This document shows, piece after piece, positions 1 through 12,573 of a stretch of DNA of 64,000 bases. The notes beneath the pieces were generated by a model. That model searched no databases. It had not been told where the DNA came from and saw only the letters and a program-made list of their open reading frames with translations. The position numbers and the translations under genes were made by a program. The stretch lies in assembly GCF_009914755.1 (NCBI RefSeq), contig NC_060928.1; one strand, given 5' to 3'. Numbering within the stretch: position 1 is the first letter of the stretch; every line of letters starts with the position of its first letter. Source of the DNA: the human T2T-CHM13v2.0 reference genome, Homo sapiens.

Positions 1-625
1 TAGGGCATGTGACAATGTACTGTCACTCAGTTGCTGGTGGAAGCATGATTGCTGTCAATAGCTTATACTTCTGGGGGCAGCAGCCAGCAGCAGCTAAGAC
101 TGTGGGTATGTGATGTCAATAGGGTTTCAGGGCTGTATAGATGCAGAGGCTGCTGGGGCCCAGGGCAGGAGGCAGTCTGATGGAGAATGGGTCCTCAGAT
201 TAGCACTATACTGCAGGTGTTTAGGACTCAGGGGGTATGTGACACCCAGTGTGATCTCCCTTTCTGGAGCAATATTGTGCAGTTTCCAGGCAGCTCCCTA
301 TGTAAGTCTCAGGGCCGTGAAGGTTGAGGTGCTCTCTTATGGCTAGGATTCCATTTCTACTATGGAATCCTAGGCATAAGAGAGGATTCCATTCTGGGGA
401 TCTCTCACTTGCCCTTTTCCTGCACTGGGGAGCCTATTCAGGATCCCAGCCAATCCTGGCTGAGTAGACTGCCTAGCTTCCCTCTCCTTGTTTTAGGTGT
501 TTCCTCTCACTTCTCTGTTGGAATCCTAGATAATCTATTCAAAGTGTGATTATCTCAGTGTGTGCTATTTTAGTTCTTTTTATGGAGGAGACAAGTACCA
601 GATGCCTCTAAGTCAGCCCTCTTTA
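1..625 (-). mobile_element. 5' UTR region of an old LINE-1 (L1M/L1PB-type), antisense, truncated by the window edge
   Basis: GC-richer block ending in GCCTCTAAGTCAGCCCTCTT, resembling the reverse complement of old L1 5' termini (...CTAGTCAGCCATCTT); subfamily uncertain. Confidence 0.5.
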
Positions 626-2384
626 AGTCTCTCTGCTTCCCCTATATCTTATTTTCTCTTTTAATTCTAGCGAAGGCTTAATGGAAGACTTAATATTTAA
701 TGGTTATGTTCTATATATTTTTTTAAAAAAGTGGGGACTGACTCCTCTTGGCTTAATAACTGATTTTTCAAAGAAAGTAAGAATTCCATTACTTAGAAAA
801 TCATGCCTTAAGACAATAGCATGCGTCTTGCAGCTTAATCCTAGTCTGAAAATTACAAGTTGCCCTTTCTCTTTGCATTTTGAATCAGTAGTCACACCTT
901 TCTCCTACCCAACCACAACAAAATGCTTTAAGCTATGTACTTAGAAGGGTACAGTAGAAAGCCCACCAACTTAAAAAATATTACTTTTATTACACAGCAT
1001 TACATCTCCCTCCCCAAGTCCCACATATTACTTCCATAAATTTATTTCAGTTTGAGTGCACCCCAGATTACAACAATAGCACTGAGGTACCAACAAGGTT
1101 GATTGGATAGTTCCTAGAGACAGATAGGCATTTCCAGTTAAGAGTACATGTTTTAGCAAAAATCATGTGGCTTAACATTCTTTACCAAAAGACAAAATAA
1201 CAAAAAAACTGTGTGTATGTGCACATGTGTGTGCATGTGTACATACACATATATCCTCATATATTTAATTTTTAAATATATTTATTTAAAGTGTTTTTAA
1301 ATTTGTTTTTCATTTTATTGATAAAAAAGAATGTGGATACTGTATTACATTTTAGCTTTGAGAGTTATGTAAGAAATTATCTAGAAGGAATTTCATGATG
1401 CCACAAATTTAACATAACTTATGTTGTTAAAACATTGTAAATTATTTTCCTGTGACATGAGTGGAATATCATCTTACTTCTCCGGTGTCTTTCGCTAATT
1501 GAATGCTTGCTTGTCATTTAATTCTAATGAAACCATAGGGGAATAATCACAGGACATTGACTAATATGGAAGATCATTGAATTTTTTTGAGCAAAATAGA
1601 AGTTTAGCTTTTCCTTCTGGATGCAGCTAAGAACATAATATGAATTTCTTTATTCTTAAGCAAATATTCTGAAAAATGAAATAAATAATAGGTTTTTAAG
1701 CAGTTTGTGATTTCAGATAGTTGAGAAACAAACAAGGCTATAGTTGAAAAGCTGAGGTTATTCTCTTTTAACATTGGCCTCCTGAATTTAGGGTTTTAAT
1801 TTTAAGTTGTAGGCAGCAATGTAATTATTTACATATGTATGTTTTATTATGTGTCCTATAATCATATTCCTAATATAATGTTTTCAATCTTTTGATATCA
1901 GGTGTACTGTTCTGTGAAAAGTTGTCTCTTAGTTATTAAACTTCTAAGAAGTTTTTGGATTTGAAACCATATGTCCGGTGGTATTTACCCAAAGCTCAAT
2001 CTGCTGAAAAATGCAACATCCCTAGAATCCCTTCTGTTCAAATTGGAAGGGACTTGAGTGATTGTCTATGCTTTCTAATGTAAAGACCCTTCTTCTCCTA
2101 GGGGAAGTTGAGTGTAAAGGGAAAACTTCATTCTATCTTCATTCAAACTTCTATTAACATAGCACCATCTTTCACACTCAGGGATATTTTAGCTTCCTGA
2201 TTCTACCTGCTTTAAATCTAACTGAAAAGGTCCTTATTATCTTTAGCTCTATTAACTTTATAATTTAGCTTTTCTAACATTATTTTAATTTCATTATTTT
2301 CCTAATTATATTTTTCACTGAGTACACTATACATTTCTTTTCCAACATTTTTACATACCATTAAAAATCTGAGTTTACCAGAAA

Positions 2385-2430
2385 GTTTTTTTTTTTTTTT
2401 TTTTTTTTTTGGTTTTTTGTTTTCCTTTTT
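2385..2430. repeat. poly-T / T-rich low-complexity tract
   Basis: Run of ~25 T at 2386-2410 followed by T-rich sequence. Confidence 0.9.
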
Positions 2431-2877
2431 CAGAAAACTTGTCTTCACTGAACATATTCTTTTTTTCTTTCCCCAGAACCCATTCACTATTCAATAACTA
2501 GATTTTTGCTTTCTGGTTGACACGACTCTTGTTTAAACACAAAAAGCAGGCTAAAATGATTTGCCTAATTTCTACAATGTTATAGTTATTGTGCCCAAAA
2601 CCACCTGGAAAAGACTATGTACATTCTTTTTTTAATGAATCTTTGGCATTATGTAATTATGAGGAGAAATTAAATAAAAAAGTATAGAAATCCCAGTTTA
2701 GTGCTCTTGCTACTAGAATTCAGAAACAATTTTTCTACTATTTCTGATCTTTGTTAATGATGGTTTAAAAGTGCCTTATAAAATATATTTTTTCAAAATA
2801 CCACTTTTGAAAGGTATAAAATATGCCTTATATACAGAGTTTTTATCTATTTTATTTACTTTTGATAGATTCTTTTA

Positions 2878-3150
2878 AAATAATTTTTTTGACAAATTAT
2901 AATCATCTATAATTATGGAGTATACAGTGCTGTTATACGTATACAGTGTGGAATGATTGAATTAAGCTAATTAGTGTATCTATCACCTTAAATATATAGC
3001 ATTTATTCCTTTTGTCTAACTGTGACTTTGTACCCTTTGACCAGCATCTCTCCGTATCCCTACTCCACAGCTGCTGGTAACCACTACTCTCTGCTTCTAT
3101 GAGTTCAATTATTTTAGATTCCATATATAAGTGAGAACATGTGGTTTTTC
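2878..3150 (-). mobile_element. L1MA-type LINE-1 3' end fragment
   Basis: TATACAGTGTGGAATGATT...AAGCTAATTAG...TCTCTGCTTCTATGAGTTCAA...TTTAGATTCCATATATAAGTGAGA matches the reverse complement of the L1MA 3' UTR. Confidence 0.8.
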
Positions 3151-4189
3151 TCTTTCTACAGACTTTTAAAATGACAATTATCTCTGGTGGCAGTGTTATG
3201 GGAGATTTTTCACATCCTTTATGCCTCTTCATGTTTTTTATTTTTGTCTGCAAACAAAACAAAATAATTATATTAATAATTGATTCAATTATTTTAATTC
3301 ACACAATTTACATATTGCTCCTAATCAAACAGTCATGCTTTCAGCTTTGCCATCTTTCCTGTGGTTTCTTATTCCCAAAGCTCCAAGGCTGTATGCATTT
3401 CTTTGCCCTGAGAAGCCTAGTATATAGAGTGTAAAAACAACCCAGGGCCATACTCATTGATTTGGTTGTTTGGTCACCTATTGTTATTGACACATTTTTA
3501 AAAAAATTAAACTAAAATCAATTCAAATGTATTATTTTTCCAAAGATAGTTATAAGTTTTCTTCAAACGCATTTTTTCCCCAAGGTCTAAATATTGATAG
3601 CAAATAAAGCAAGTTGTCATTAGCACTGTTGTCTAACTTGTAACTGTTCCATCTCAGATAGCCAAAGTCCTGTTTTCAGGGTTGTTTTGGCATCTGGTCA
3701 CATCCTGAACTGTTAAAAATGAACCAACAAGGAAATTCTGGCAGTTTTTATTATTTCTTTTCTTCTTTCATCTTCGTAATAGAGAAAGCACACTACCATT
3801 TTCTACTTAGGGTCATAAGGAGAATCTTAGAAATTGAAAACATACTCCAGTTTTTCCTTTATTGGTATCCTTGGTCAGGGCCAATCCTGGATAGTTGGAG
3901 AGAATGATGTGGCTCCATGGTCTTAGCAGAAATTAATACCTTTTGCATGATTGATGAGTGAATAAAGAAATGAAAGAGGCCTGCCAATCATGAAAGCTGT
4001 GCCCAGTGGTGCAAGATTATGACATTTCTCTGTTGTTCAGATCACGCTTGAAATAGTATATTGAGACTTGGATGTATCTCTATTCAGAGAATAGACAAAC
4101 TGAAACACATTCATACTCAACCACCACAGCAGCAATGCAGTATTATCTTGATATCTAATTCATTTCACGCACCTTGATTAGTTTTTACT

Positions 4190-4330
4190 CATATTCTTAA
4201 GAGGTAAATATTGTTATTGCCTTTTTTTTAGATTAGAACACTGAAGCTTAGATGCTTCACTTAGAGTCATACACATTCAGGGGTGATGTAAAATTAGAAC
4301 TCAGGCTTTTCTGACTCAAAACCTCTGCTG
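4190..4330 (-). mobile_element. MIR SINE fragment
   Basis: TTTAGATTAGAACACTGAAGCTTAGA...TTAGAACTCAGGCTTTTCTGACTCAAAA, MIR core in antisense. Confidence 0.6.
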
Positions 4331-4382
4331 AAAGCCCAATCAAACAATACTCTTTCAGTGAACAGAATTAGGGCCATGGTAT

Positions 4383-4797
4383 ATTATATGGTTTAGATGT
4401 TTGTCCCTTCCAAATCTAATGTTGAAATGTAATTCCCAGTGTTGGAGATGGAGCCTGATGGGAGGTGTTTGCATCACTGGAGCAGATCTCTCATGAATGG
4501 TTTGGCACCACCCCCTTGGTGATAGGTGAATTCTTAGTTCATACGAGATCTAGTCGTTTCAAAATGTGTCGCCTCCCCCTCACTCTCTTTCTCTTATTTT
4601 CACCATGTGAAACACCTGCTCCCCTTCACCTTTTGCCATACTTGGCAGCTTCCTGAGGACCTCATCAGAAGCTAAGAAGATGTTGATGCCATGCTTGTAC
4701 AGCTGGCAGAACCATGGGTTAAAATGAACTTCTTTTCCTTATAAATTACCCAGCCTCAGGTATTTCTTTATAGCAATGCAAGAATGGCCTAACAACA
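4383..4797 (+). mobile_element. MaLR solo LTR (MSTB/MSTA-like)
   Basis: Starts ATATGGTTTAGATGTTTGTCCC...AAATCT; ends ATAAATTACCCAGCCTCAGGTATTTCTTTATAGCAATGCAAGAATGGCCTAAC. Confidence 0.85.
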
Positions 4798-5374
4798 TAT
4801 GTTTATATAACATAAAGCTGAAGAAGCTGGGCATTGTGGGAGAAAGAATACTTGTGGTGAGAGAATGGAAGCTGTCACCAACTATTTTAAGGGCTATAAT
4901 ATGGAAATGAGGTTAGATTTGTTGTTGTTTTTATGACTCCAAAGGAAATAAAAATAATAATTGGGTGGAAATCACTGAGCCATAGATGAAAGAAAGATCT
5001 CCCTAACTCTCCTTGATATACAGGATCAGGCTGCTTTTGGAAGAAGTAAGATCCCTGTCTCTAAAAGTATTGCATAATTGGCAAAGACAGAGTGAGAAAT
5101 ATAAAATATACAATAGATGGTGCTGGCTATCGTTAAAAATTCTTTTCAGTTTGGAGTGTGCATATAAATGCATTTTGCAGACTAGAGAAAAATGACCTGG
5201 AAATTCATGCACTTCAATAGGATTTGTATGTAGAGCTATTTTCCTAGTAACAATGAGAGTAAACTGTCTAACTTGTCTTCCTCAATGTTTTCTGAGTATT
5301 CAAAGGTGTGAACTTAGGGTATGTTTCTTATGGTGATTGGGGTTTGTGGTTGGAGACAGCAAAATGATTTCTCC

Positions 5375-5800
5375 TGTCAATTGAGAAAAATGAGGAGACA
5401 AGTCTCAATCATTTTAGGAGCTTTATTTGCCAAAGTTAAAGATGTGCACCCATGACACAGCCTCAGGAAGTCCTGATGGCATGGGGCCAAGGTGGTTGGG
5501 GCATAGCTTGGTTTCATACATTTTAGGGAGACATGAGACATCAATATATGTAAGAAGCACATTGGTTCCATCTAGAAAGTCAGGGACTACTCGGTCTTCC
5601 AGGTCACAGGTAGGTGAAAGACAAATGGTTGCATTCTTCGAGTTTCTAATAAGCCTTACCAAAGGAGGCAATCAGAATACGCATCTGTGAGCAGAGGGAT
5701 AACTTTGAATAGAATGAGAGGCAGGTTTGTCCTGAGCAGTTCCCAGCTTAACTTTTCCCTTAGCTTAGTAATTTTGGGACCTCAAGATTTTCCTTTCATA
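5375..5800 (-). mobile_element. 3' LTR of the MER4A-type provirus
   Basis: About 87% identical by eye to 12122-12573; adjacent to PPT (minus strand AAAAAGGAAGGGGGAAAA). Confidence 0.9.
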
Positions 5801-6012
5801 TTTTCCCCCTTCCTTTTTTACAAATGTTTTGGAGAAAGCATTTTAGGAGAAAATAAGTATCTGGTCCCAGGTTTTGTCTGATCTTTTAGGACTTGGATGA
5901 TTTATTCCTGTACATATAAGAGTTATTAGGAAAGCTTATTTTTAAAAGGTTGTGAACTCTCATTTTCTACGGAGAGAAAATAGGGAGAAGAAAGGAGAAA
6001 ACAACAACAAAC

Positions 6013-6162
6013 CCCAGACAATACACAGACAACTCACCAAATGTCAGGGAGCCAAACAAGTGTTTCTGTGGACTGGACCGATGAACACTTCTCCACACTT
6101 ACCAAAGGGAATTGGGTTCTCACATGCACTTAGGAAAAAGAAAACCATGTTGGCTTGCCAGT
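6013..6162 (-). mobile_element. HERV-K(HML-8) leader fragment: degenerate Lys PBS and splice-donor motifs
   Basis: Minus strand right after the LTR reads TGGCAAGCCAACATGG (cf. Lys PBS TGGCGCCCAACGTGG), then TG/GTAAGT (6097-6104) and TG/GTGAGT (6032-6039). Confidence 0.7.
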
Positions 6163-7205
6163 TATCAGGGGAACCCGCCCCCAATATTTCAACGTAGGTT
6201 CTATTTTCCATAAGTGTCAGCCAGCTGAGAAATAAAGAGAAAGAGTACAAAGAGAGAAATTTTACACCTGGGCCACCAGGGGTGATATCACATATCAGTA
6301 GGACTGTGATGCTCACCTGAGCCTCAAACCAGCAAGTTTTTTATTAAGGGTTTCAAAGGTTGGGGGTGTAAGAATGGGGAGTAGATCACATGCTTCAAAG
6401 GGCAAAAGGCAGAACAAAGATCACATGCTTCAAAGGGCAAAAAGGAGAACTACAGATAAGCGTCCAACAAAGATCACAAGGCAAAGGGCAAAAGCAGAAC
6501 TACTGATAAGGTTCTATGTTCAGCGGTGCACGTATTGTCTTGATAAACATCTTAAATAACAGAAAACAGGGTTCGAAAGCACAGAACTGGTCTGACCACA
6601 AATTTACCAGGGTGGAGTTTTTCCCCACCCTAATTAGCCTGAGGGTACTGCAGGGGACCAGGGCGTATCTCAGTCCTTATCTCAACCACATCAGACAGAC
6701 ACTCCCAGAGTGGCTTTTTATAGACCTCCCCCCAGGAATGCATTCCTTTCCCAGGGTATTAATATTAATATTCCTTGCTAGGAAAAGAATTTAGCGGTAT
6801 CTCTCCTACTTGCATGTCCGTTTATAGGCTCTCTGCAAGAAGAAAAATATGGCTCTTTTTGCCCAACCCTGCAGGCAGTCAGACCTTATGGTTGTCTTCC
6901 CTTGTTCCCTAAAAATCGGTGTTATTCTGTTCTTTTTCAAGGTGCACTGATTTCATATTGTTCAAACACACATGTTTTACAATCAATTTGTACAGTTAAC
7001 GCAATTATCACAGTGGTCCTGAGGTGATGTACATCCTCAACTTACGAAGATAACAGGATTAAGAGATTAAAGTAAAGACAGGCATAAGAAATTATAAAAG
7101 TATTATTTGGGAACTGATAAATGTCCATGAAATCTTCACAATTCATGTTCCTCTGCCACGGCTCCAGCCGGTCCCTCCATTCGGGGTCCCTGACTTCCCA
7201 CAACA
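6163..7205 (-). mobile_element. MER11 (B/C-type) LTR of HERV-K(HML-8)
   Basis: Minus strand starts TGTTGTGGGAAGTCAGGGACCCCGAATGGAGGGACCGGCTGGAGCC and ends GGGGCGGGTTCCCCTGATA; ~1.04 kb; typical internal AGATCACA..CAAAGGGCAAAA repeats. Confidence 0.9.
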
Positions 7206-9523
7206 ACAAACAAAAGGACAATCCTGCAAAATTGATATAGGCCACATTACTCTGAAGTCTATACATCAGTAAGCAGGTATGAAAGTAACTTATGTATGTA
7301 AATAGGTTGCTGTTATTTTCTTCTGAAGTTTAAGTTGTCTAGTTTTAGTTCATAGGACTTTACAAAAGCACAGCTTAGTTTTTAGTGACTCCAAATTAGG
7401 AAAAAATAAATAAAAATTGAAAACATTATTTTGAAGTCTTGTAGCCAAGAAAAAATAGAATTCAGTCCAAACTGTAGAAAATAATAAAAATTGAAAAACA
7501 TTGGGCCAGACTAGAATCTAACAGCAGGTGTATTATAGTTTTTGAAAGGTAATTTTTCTCCCTCCAGTTTGCCATTTTTACTAAAGAAAAATCCTGGTAG
7601 AACCGATTTGCTTTATTTTACTTGGCCACATTATTTGTATGCAGTGCAGCAAGAATAATTCTTTTTCACATAGGCTTTTTAATATTGGCTTTGATGGAAC
7701 TTTGTTCCATAGAAAGAATCTCAGTTAAGACTTTTTAAAAGCCAAGCCCAGTTACGGATTTGTACCATGAAACACCTATAAGTTGGGTGGATTTCCTCTC
7801 CTCTTGAGGTTCCAAGATAAACCTAGGCTCCTGGACCCAGTTTATCTAAAAAATGTCAGAAAGTGACATTTTTTACTTACCACATGTCAGAAACCCTGTG
7901 CAGGGACTGTGTAAAATATGAGACCAGTTTTCTCAAAGGCTTTTATAGGCTCCATCAGTTAAGTTTGATTCCTTAAAGGAAAGCACACCATTCTAATTAA
8001 AGCCATGGTAAAATAACCAATTTCTCCAATAGTGTCTTGTTACAAATAAAAACAGATTTTTATTACACTTATGCCAAAAACTGTACTGCCATAAGTTAAG
8101 AATACTCACAAATAGTTTCCAAATTCTGCAGAAATCACATAGAGAGAAACAAATATGCTCCAAATTTTGTTCATAGGAATATACTAAATCGTTAAAAGCT
8201 GTCAATAGTTCAAAAGAACAGTTTCAAGTTACTGGTTTTACATCAGTGTGCCTTTGACATTAATGATTAATTTATAGAGAAACAGAACTTATTTTGTCTT
8301 TTAAAATCAGCCCTTACAGTCTCATGCACCCACCTCTTCTGCAATAGTCCCTGGGCCTTGAGGACTTGAAAAGCTTTAATTTCTGGCCCTGTGTCTTAGG
8401 AATGCAGTGTATTTTGACTAGCATCTTCTACAGGGCCTATAGATGAGGCTTTAATTGTTGTCAGTGTTTAAGATTTAGCAGGACTTGGTGTTCCATTTAG
8501 ACCTAGGAGTCAAAGCCCTGTAACTCAATGTCACAAGGACTTGAAAGCACATACACGAAGTTATACGAATGTAATAACCTTAATTTAAAAATGTTTAAAT
8601 CTCCGGTTTTTCCTAAGCAAGCCAAACTGAATAATAATGGCATAGGAATTATTTTGATAAAACGTAAAATCTATTAGTCCAGTTACCAAAAAGCAAAAGA
8701 AAAGATCTTCTGCAGTGCACATAATATTATGTTGGCAGAAAACATTTCCTTTAGACCTTTAAGAAAACATGCTTTTTATAAAGGGAGAGAAAGCTAAAAA
8801 ATGATGAGATGCAATAAAAGTTGAACTGTGGGTTAAAAAAAATTAAAATCTTTTATCATTTATTAAGAGTAAATTAACTCTGTAAGAAAATTTCATTGTT
8901 CTAACCAGTTATTTAGTGTGTAAGTGTTTTTTTACATCAAGCCCAATTTCTAGAAAGGCCATTACAATTTCTCTTTAATTATAAACAACTTGATTATATA
9001 AGAGTTTTTTAAAAATTATTTTATTATAATGTACAAAGATCATTTATGACATGCTTGGACTTTCTGGTTTGTCCTGAACATTGCTCTTTCTTAAACAATC
9101 AGTCCTTTTATTCTAGGTTTAAATTTACCATTCAAGATTTTTTTCTTATATAAAATTATTTTTCTTTAAGCTTTTTTTTTTAACCAAAGAAACCTCTTTA
9201 TTTCTATAACTTTCTTTACATTTCTCTTAATTCCTGGCCCTTTTTACCTTATTTTATACATTACCTTTAAATAAGCTTTGAATTAGACAAAAGTTATTCA
9301 TCTTTTGTAAAAAGGGCACACTTTTTTCTTTTAGCAGGAGTATTTTCCTACAATATATTTTTATTGGAAAATACTCAAATAATATATATTATTTAATTTA
9401 TCTTTATATTATAAATTATGACAACTTTGTCTACAAGTATTTATCCCATTACATTTACCTATTTTATTTTAATTGTTTACCTAGATTGTTTATGAAAACT
9501 GCAATAGTCATGATTTAAAGTCA

Positions 9524-9766
9524 TGAAACTGCTATTGCAAAATTATAACTAAGACAGTGAATAAGATTTGATCTAACTGACTCCATCTTGCTTTTAACGT
9601 CCAATCTGTCCTTGTTCATTCCTGGGCATAGGTCAAACTAACTTTCAGAGAGACTTAGTTTACAGTTTAGCTTTGAAACAAACACAATAATAGTCCTTTC
9701 CCCAAACAAACCTTCTTACTGCCTGTGAACTAGACTGCCAAAAGCCACAGGATTAGAGGTTATGGT
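9524..9766 (+). mobile_element. LTR8-like 5' fragment embedded antisense within the MER4 internal region
   Basis: TGAAACTGCTATTGCAAAATTATAACT...GACTCCATCTTGCTT...TGTCCTTGTTCATTCCTGGGC matches the start of LTR8. Confidence 0.7.
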
Positions 9767-12099
9767 AATCTTACTAAATTCAAGATGCAGCTATTTTTAT
9801 TAAACCAATATCAATGTCTTATGTATTAAAAGTTACACAAGAAAAGATCATTCTATTTTGGGCTGGGTTTATAGTTTTGTAACCCCCATGCCAAATTTTG
9901 ATACCTTACAGTATTTGGCAGGGATAAGTATGAAATTCCTTGATTAATAAATGCAAACAAAAATGTATGCTGGCAATTCTTAAGACATTTCTAATATTAC
10001 TTTACCAATAATTTTAAAGCTAGCTTATTATTAAAGATTTTACTTAAGTTATATAAAATTGAAAAAACATTTGACTAGTCTTTTCTTTATTCCTGATAAA
10101 GTATTTGATTCAAGTGCTTTTATTTTTCTTGAACCAATTAATTAGAGCTCTTTTATGTATTTTCAGTAGTGAAACATTGTGTACACAACACATAAATGCA
10201 TAGACATATCAGGCATGTGGATAGAAGTACATCTTACAGATTCATAAAGATCCTTTTTTGTTTTTTCCTATTTTAGACTTCCCAATTCTTGATAACCTGT
10301 TCCACAACCCTAGGCAGTTGTCAGCTAAATAGCCTTAAATTTGCATATTAAAGGAAACAACTCAGGTGAAAATCAAATAGAAAAATTTGCATCATAAGGT
10401 ACAGAGAGAAAAAGTCTGGTGGTCTGTTCGAATTCATAAAAATAGGGTAGTCAGAAGGAGATGATTTTATTTTTCTTTTAGCCAATCAAACATAAAATTA
10501 TATAAATTTATCAATGGATTGTAAAAGGAGACCAATTTTATTTAGATAGAGACTACCTATTTTTTTTTTTTTTAACTGGATCTCTGAGCTCTTGGCAGAG
10601 CCCACACTGAATCCTGGGTCTTCAAAAAATGATAATTATTTTGAGGTTAGACCATGTGATGCTTTTTCAGTGCACGTAATTTTTTTTTTTAAGTAAAGGT
10701 GCTTCTGAGTGTCTAAATTACACTCTTCATTATAAAACCCAAGAGTAGCCTCTGTTGCAATAACTATTTTAGTCAAAAAGTCAGGTGAAAATAGAATTCA
10801 GTTAACTGAGAAGAAAAATATTTTTTTGCTCAAAAAAAAGCAAGGTTCTAGGAGAGAAAAATAAACAGAAAAACCCCAAAACATGAAGGCTTTTTAAATA
10901 CAAATATGCACACATTTACACATCTTGACTTTTAACCATTGAGTTCCTTAAAAAAAAAAAAAAACTTTTGAAATATCATCTCCATATTTCAGCTAGGACA
11001 AAATGCTGCTATTTCAGAAGTACAGCTCTTGCTCTTTCAGTTTGGTCTGGCTGGCAAAAAGGGGCCTTGTTATATAAAGAAAGTACCTTTAGTGGTCAAA
11101 ACCAAAAGCTTTCCTCTTTTTTGTTTCCTTTTGCTGGCCATTTTCCTCCCCCCACCATACCACCTTTTTTTTGTGGGTATTTAGCCACTTTAGAGACCTT
11201 TCTCCCCATTATTTAAGAGTTCACCTTTGAATTTGACCAAGTTGGTACAGGTGTTGGACCCAAAATGTGCTGCTCACAGGCCTAGCTTTTCAGGGCCGTT
11301 ACCCCTTGAACTGGTTTGGTCCACCCATGTTGTGGCTACCTGGCACAGTATGTCAGGGGCTAAAGCTGTGGGAGGGGTCAGCTCCTTATATGCACCTGCT
11401 GGTTGAGATTAGACCCTAAATACATTTTTCTGAGGAGGAATCCTATTTAGAGCTGCTGCATGTCTTAGGAAGCATTCCTCCCAGACACCCTCACGTGATT
11501 CTCAGTCGCCTGAAAATGCCTTGAAAGGCTGAGGGGAGCAAGGTGCTCTTAGTTCTTCCAAGTGGAAGATTCCACACTCATGTGCTAGAGGGTTTGGAGT
11601 TGGTTGAACTCTATAAGGGAAAGGACCAAAGCACATGCACAAAAAACCCCAACAAGACAGAAACAAACAACAAAATAGTTAAGCAAAACCAACAATGATT
11701 ACACAAATTATAAGATTTTTGAGTGTTCTATGTGTAAGCAGAAATTAACATCAGCTGGTTGTTAATGCTAACTTTAATCGTTTAAAAAGAATTTTCGAGA
11801 CAGAATCCCAAACCGATTTTTTTACCTAGTAATGGGGCCCAAGCTCAAAATCGCTCTCTGCTGATGCAGAGGCAGGCTTGCCTTCCTTGATGGAAAAGAG
11901 TAGAAACTCCCCCCAAAAGGAGTTTTTTAACAGCAAATAAACCTCAGACCCCCAACAAAAAAAAGTTGGAAGATCAGGGATCCCTGAAGGAAAGAGTTCC
12001 TGGGCTTCAGCAATTGTCCTATCAGTTTGGGCTATAGGTGCCCAAGCCAGTACCAAACACTGATAGACGAGCGGCTGCAGACCAGGTCATCTTTACTCA

Positions 12100-12119
12100 G
12101 AATTCCTTCATGGTTACCA
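12100..12119 (-). other. Primer-binding site, tRNA-Arg(TCG)-type
   Basis: + strand GAATTCCTTCATGGTTACCA versus recalled tRNA-Arg-TCG 3' end GAATCCCTTCGTGGTTACCA (18/20); lies 2 nt from the 5' LTR. Confidence 0.7.
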
Positions 12120-12121
12120 GA

Positions 12122-12573
12122 TGTCAATTGAGAAAAATGATGAGACAAGTCTTAATCATTTTAGGAGGTTTATTTGTCAAAGTCAAGGACACATGCCCAT
12201 GACACAGCCTCAGGAGGTCCTGATGACATGTGGCCAAGGTGGTTGGGGCACAGGTTGGTTTTATACATTTTAGGGAAGCATGAGACATCAATCAATATAT
12301 TTAAAAAGTACATTGGTCCCGTCCAGAAAGGCAGGGGCAACTTAAAACAGGGAGGATACTTCCATGGAGGTTACAGGTAGGGGAGAGACAAACAGTTGCA
12401 TTCTTTGAGTTTCTACTAAGCCTTTCCAAAGGCAGCAATCAGAATATACATCTGTCTCAGTGAGCAAAGGGATGACTTTGAATAGAATGAAAGGCAAGTT
12501 TGTCCTGAGCCACTCCCAGCTTAACTTTTCCCTTGGTTTAGTAATTTTGGGGCCCCAGGATTTTCCTTTCATA
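12122..12573 (-). mobile_element. 5' LTR of the MER4A-type provirus
   Basis: Direct repeat of 5375-5800; followed on the minus strand by the PBS. Confidence 0.9.

Larger units (their letters stand above)
4040..5160 (+). mobile_element. L3/CR1 LINE 3' fragment, interrupted by a MIR and an MST LTR
   Basis: GCTGTCACCAACTATTTTAAGGGCT...GAGGTTAGATTTGTT...CTCCAAAGG...AATTGGGTGGAAAT resembles the L3 3' end; pieces lie on both sides of the MST insertion. Confidence 0.55.
5375..12573 (-). mobile_element. MER4A-type (ERV1) non-autonomous provirus with both LTRs
   Basis: Direct repeats 5375-5800 and 12122-12573 (TGTCAATTGAGAAAAATGA...TTTTCCTTTCATA); 4-bp TSD CTCC (5371-5374) / CTCT (12574-12577); polypurine tract on minus strand at 5801-5820; PBS at 12100-12119; AT-rich non-coding interior. 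Confidence 0.9.

Noticed and set aside
1212-1249. 16-bp-arm inverted repeat TGTGTATGTGCACATG...CATGTGTACATACACA
   Set aside because: Common by-product of adjacent (TG)/(CA) microsatellites
12100-12119. tRNA gene fragment
   Set aside because: Only the 3'-terminal ~20 nt next to an LTR: a retroviral PBS, not a tRNA gene
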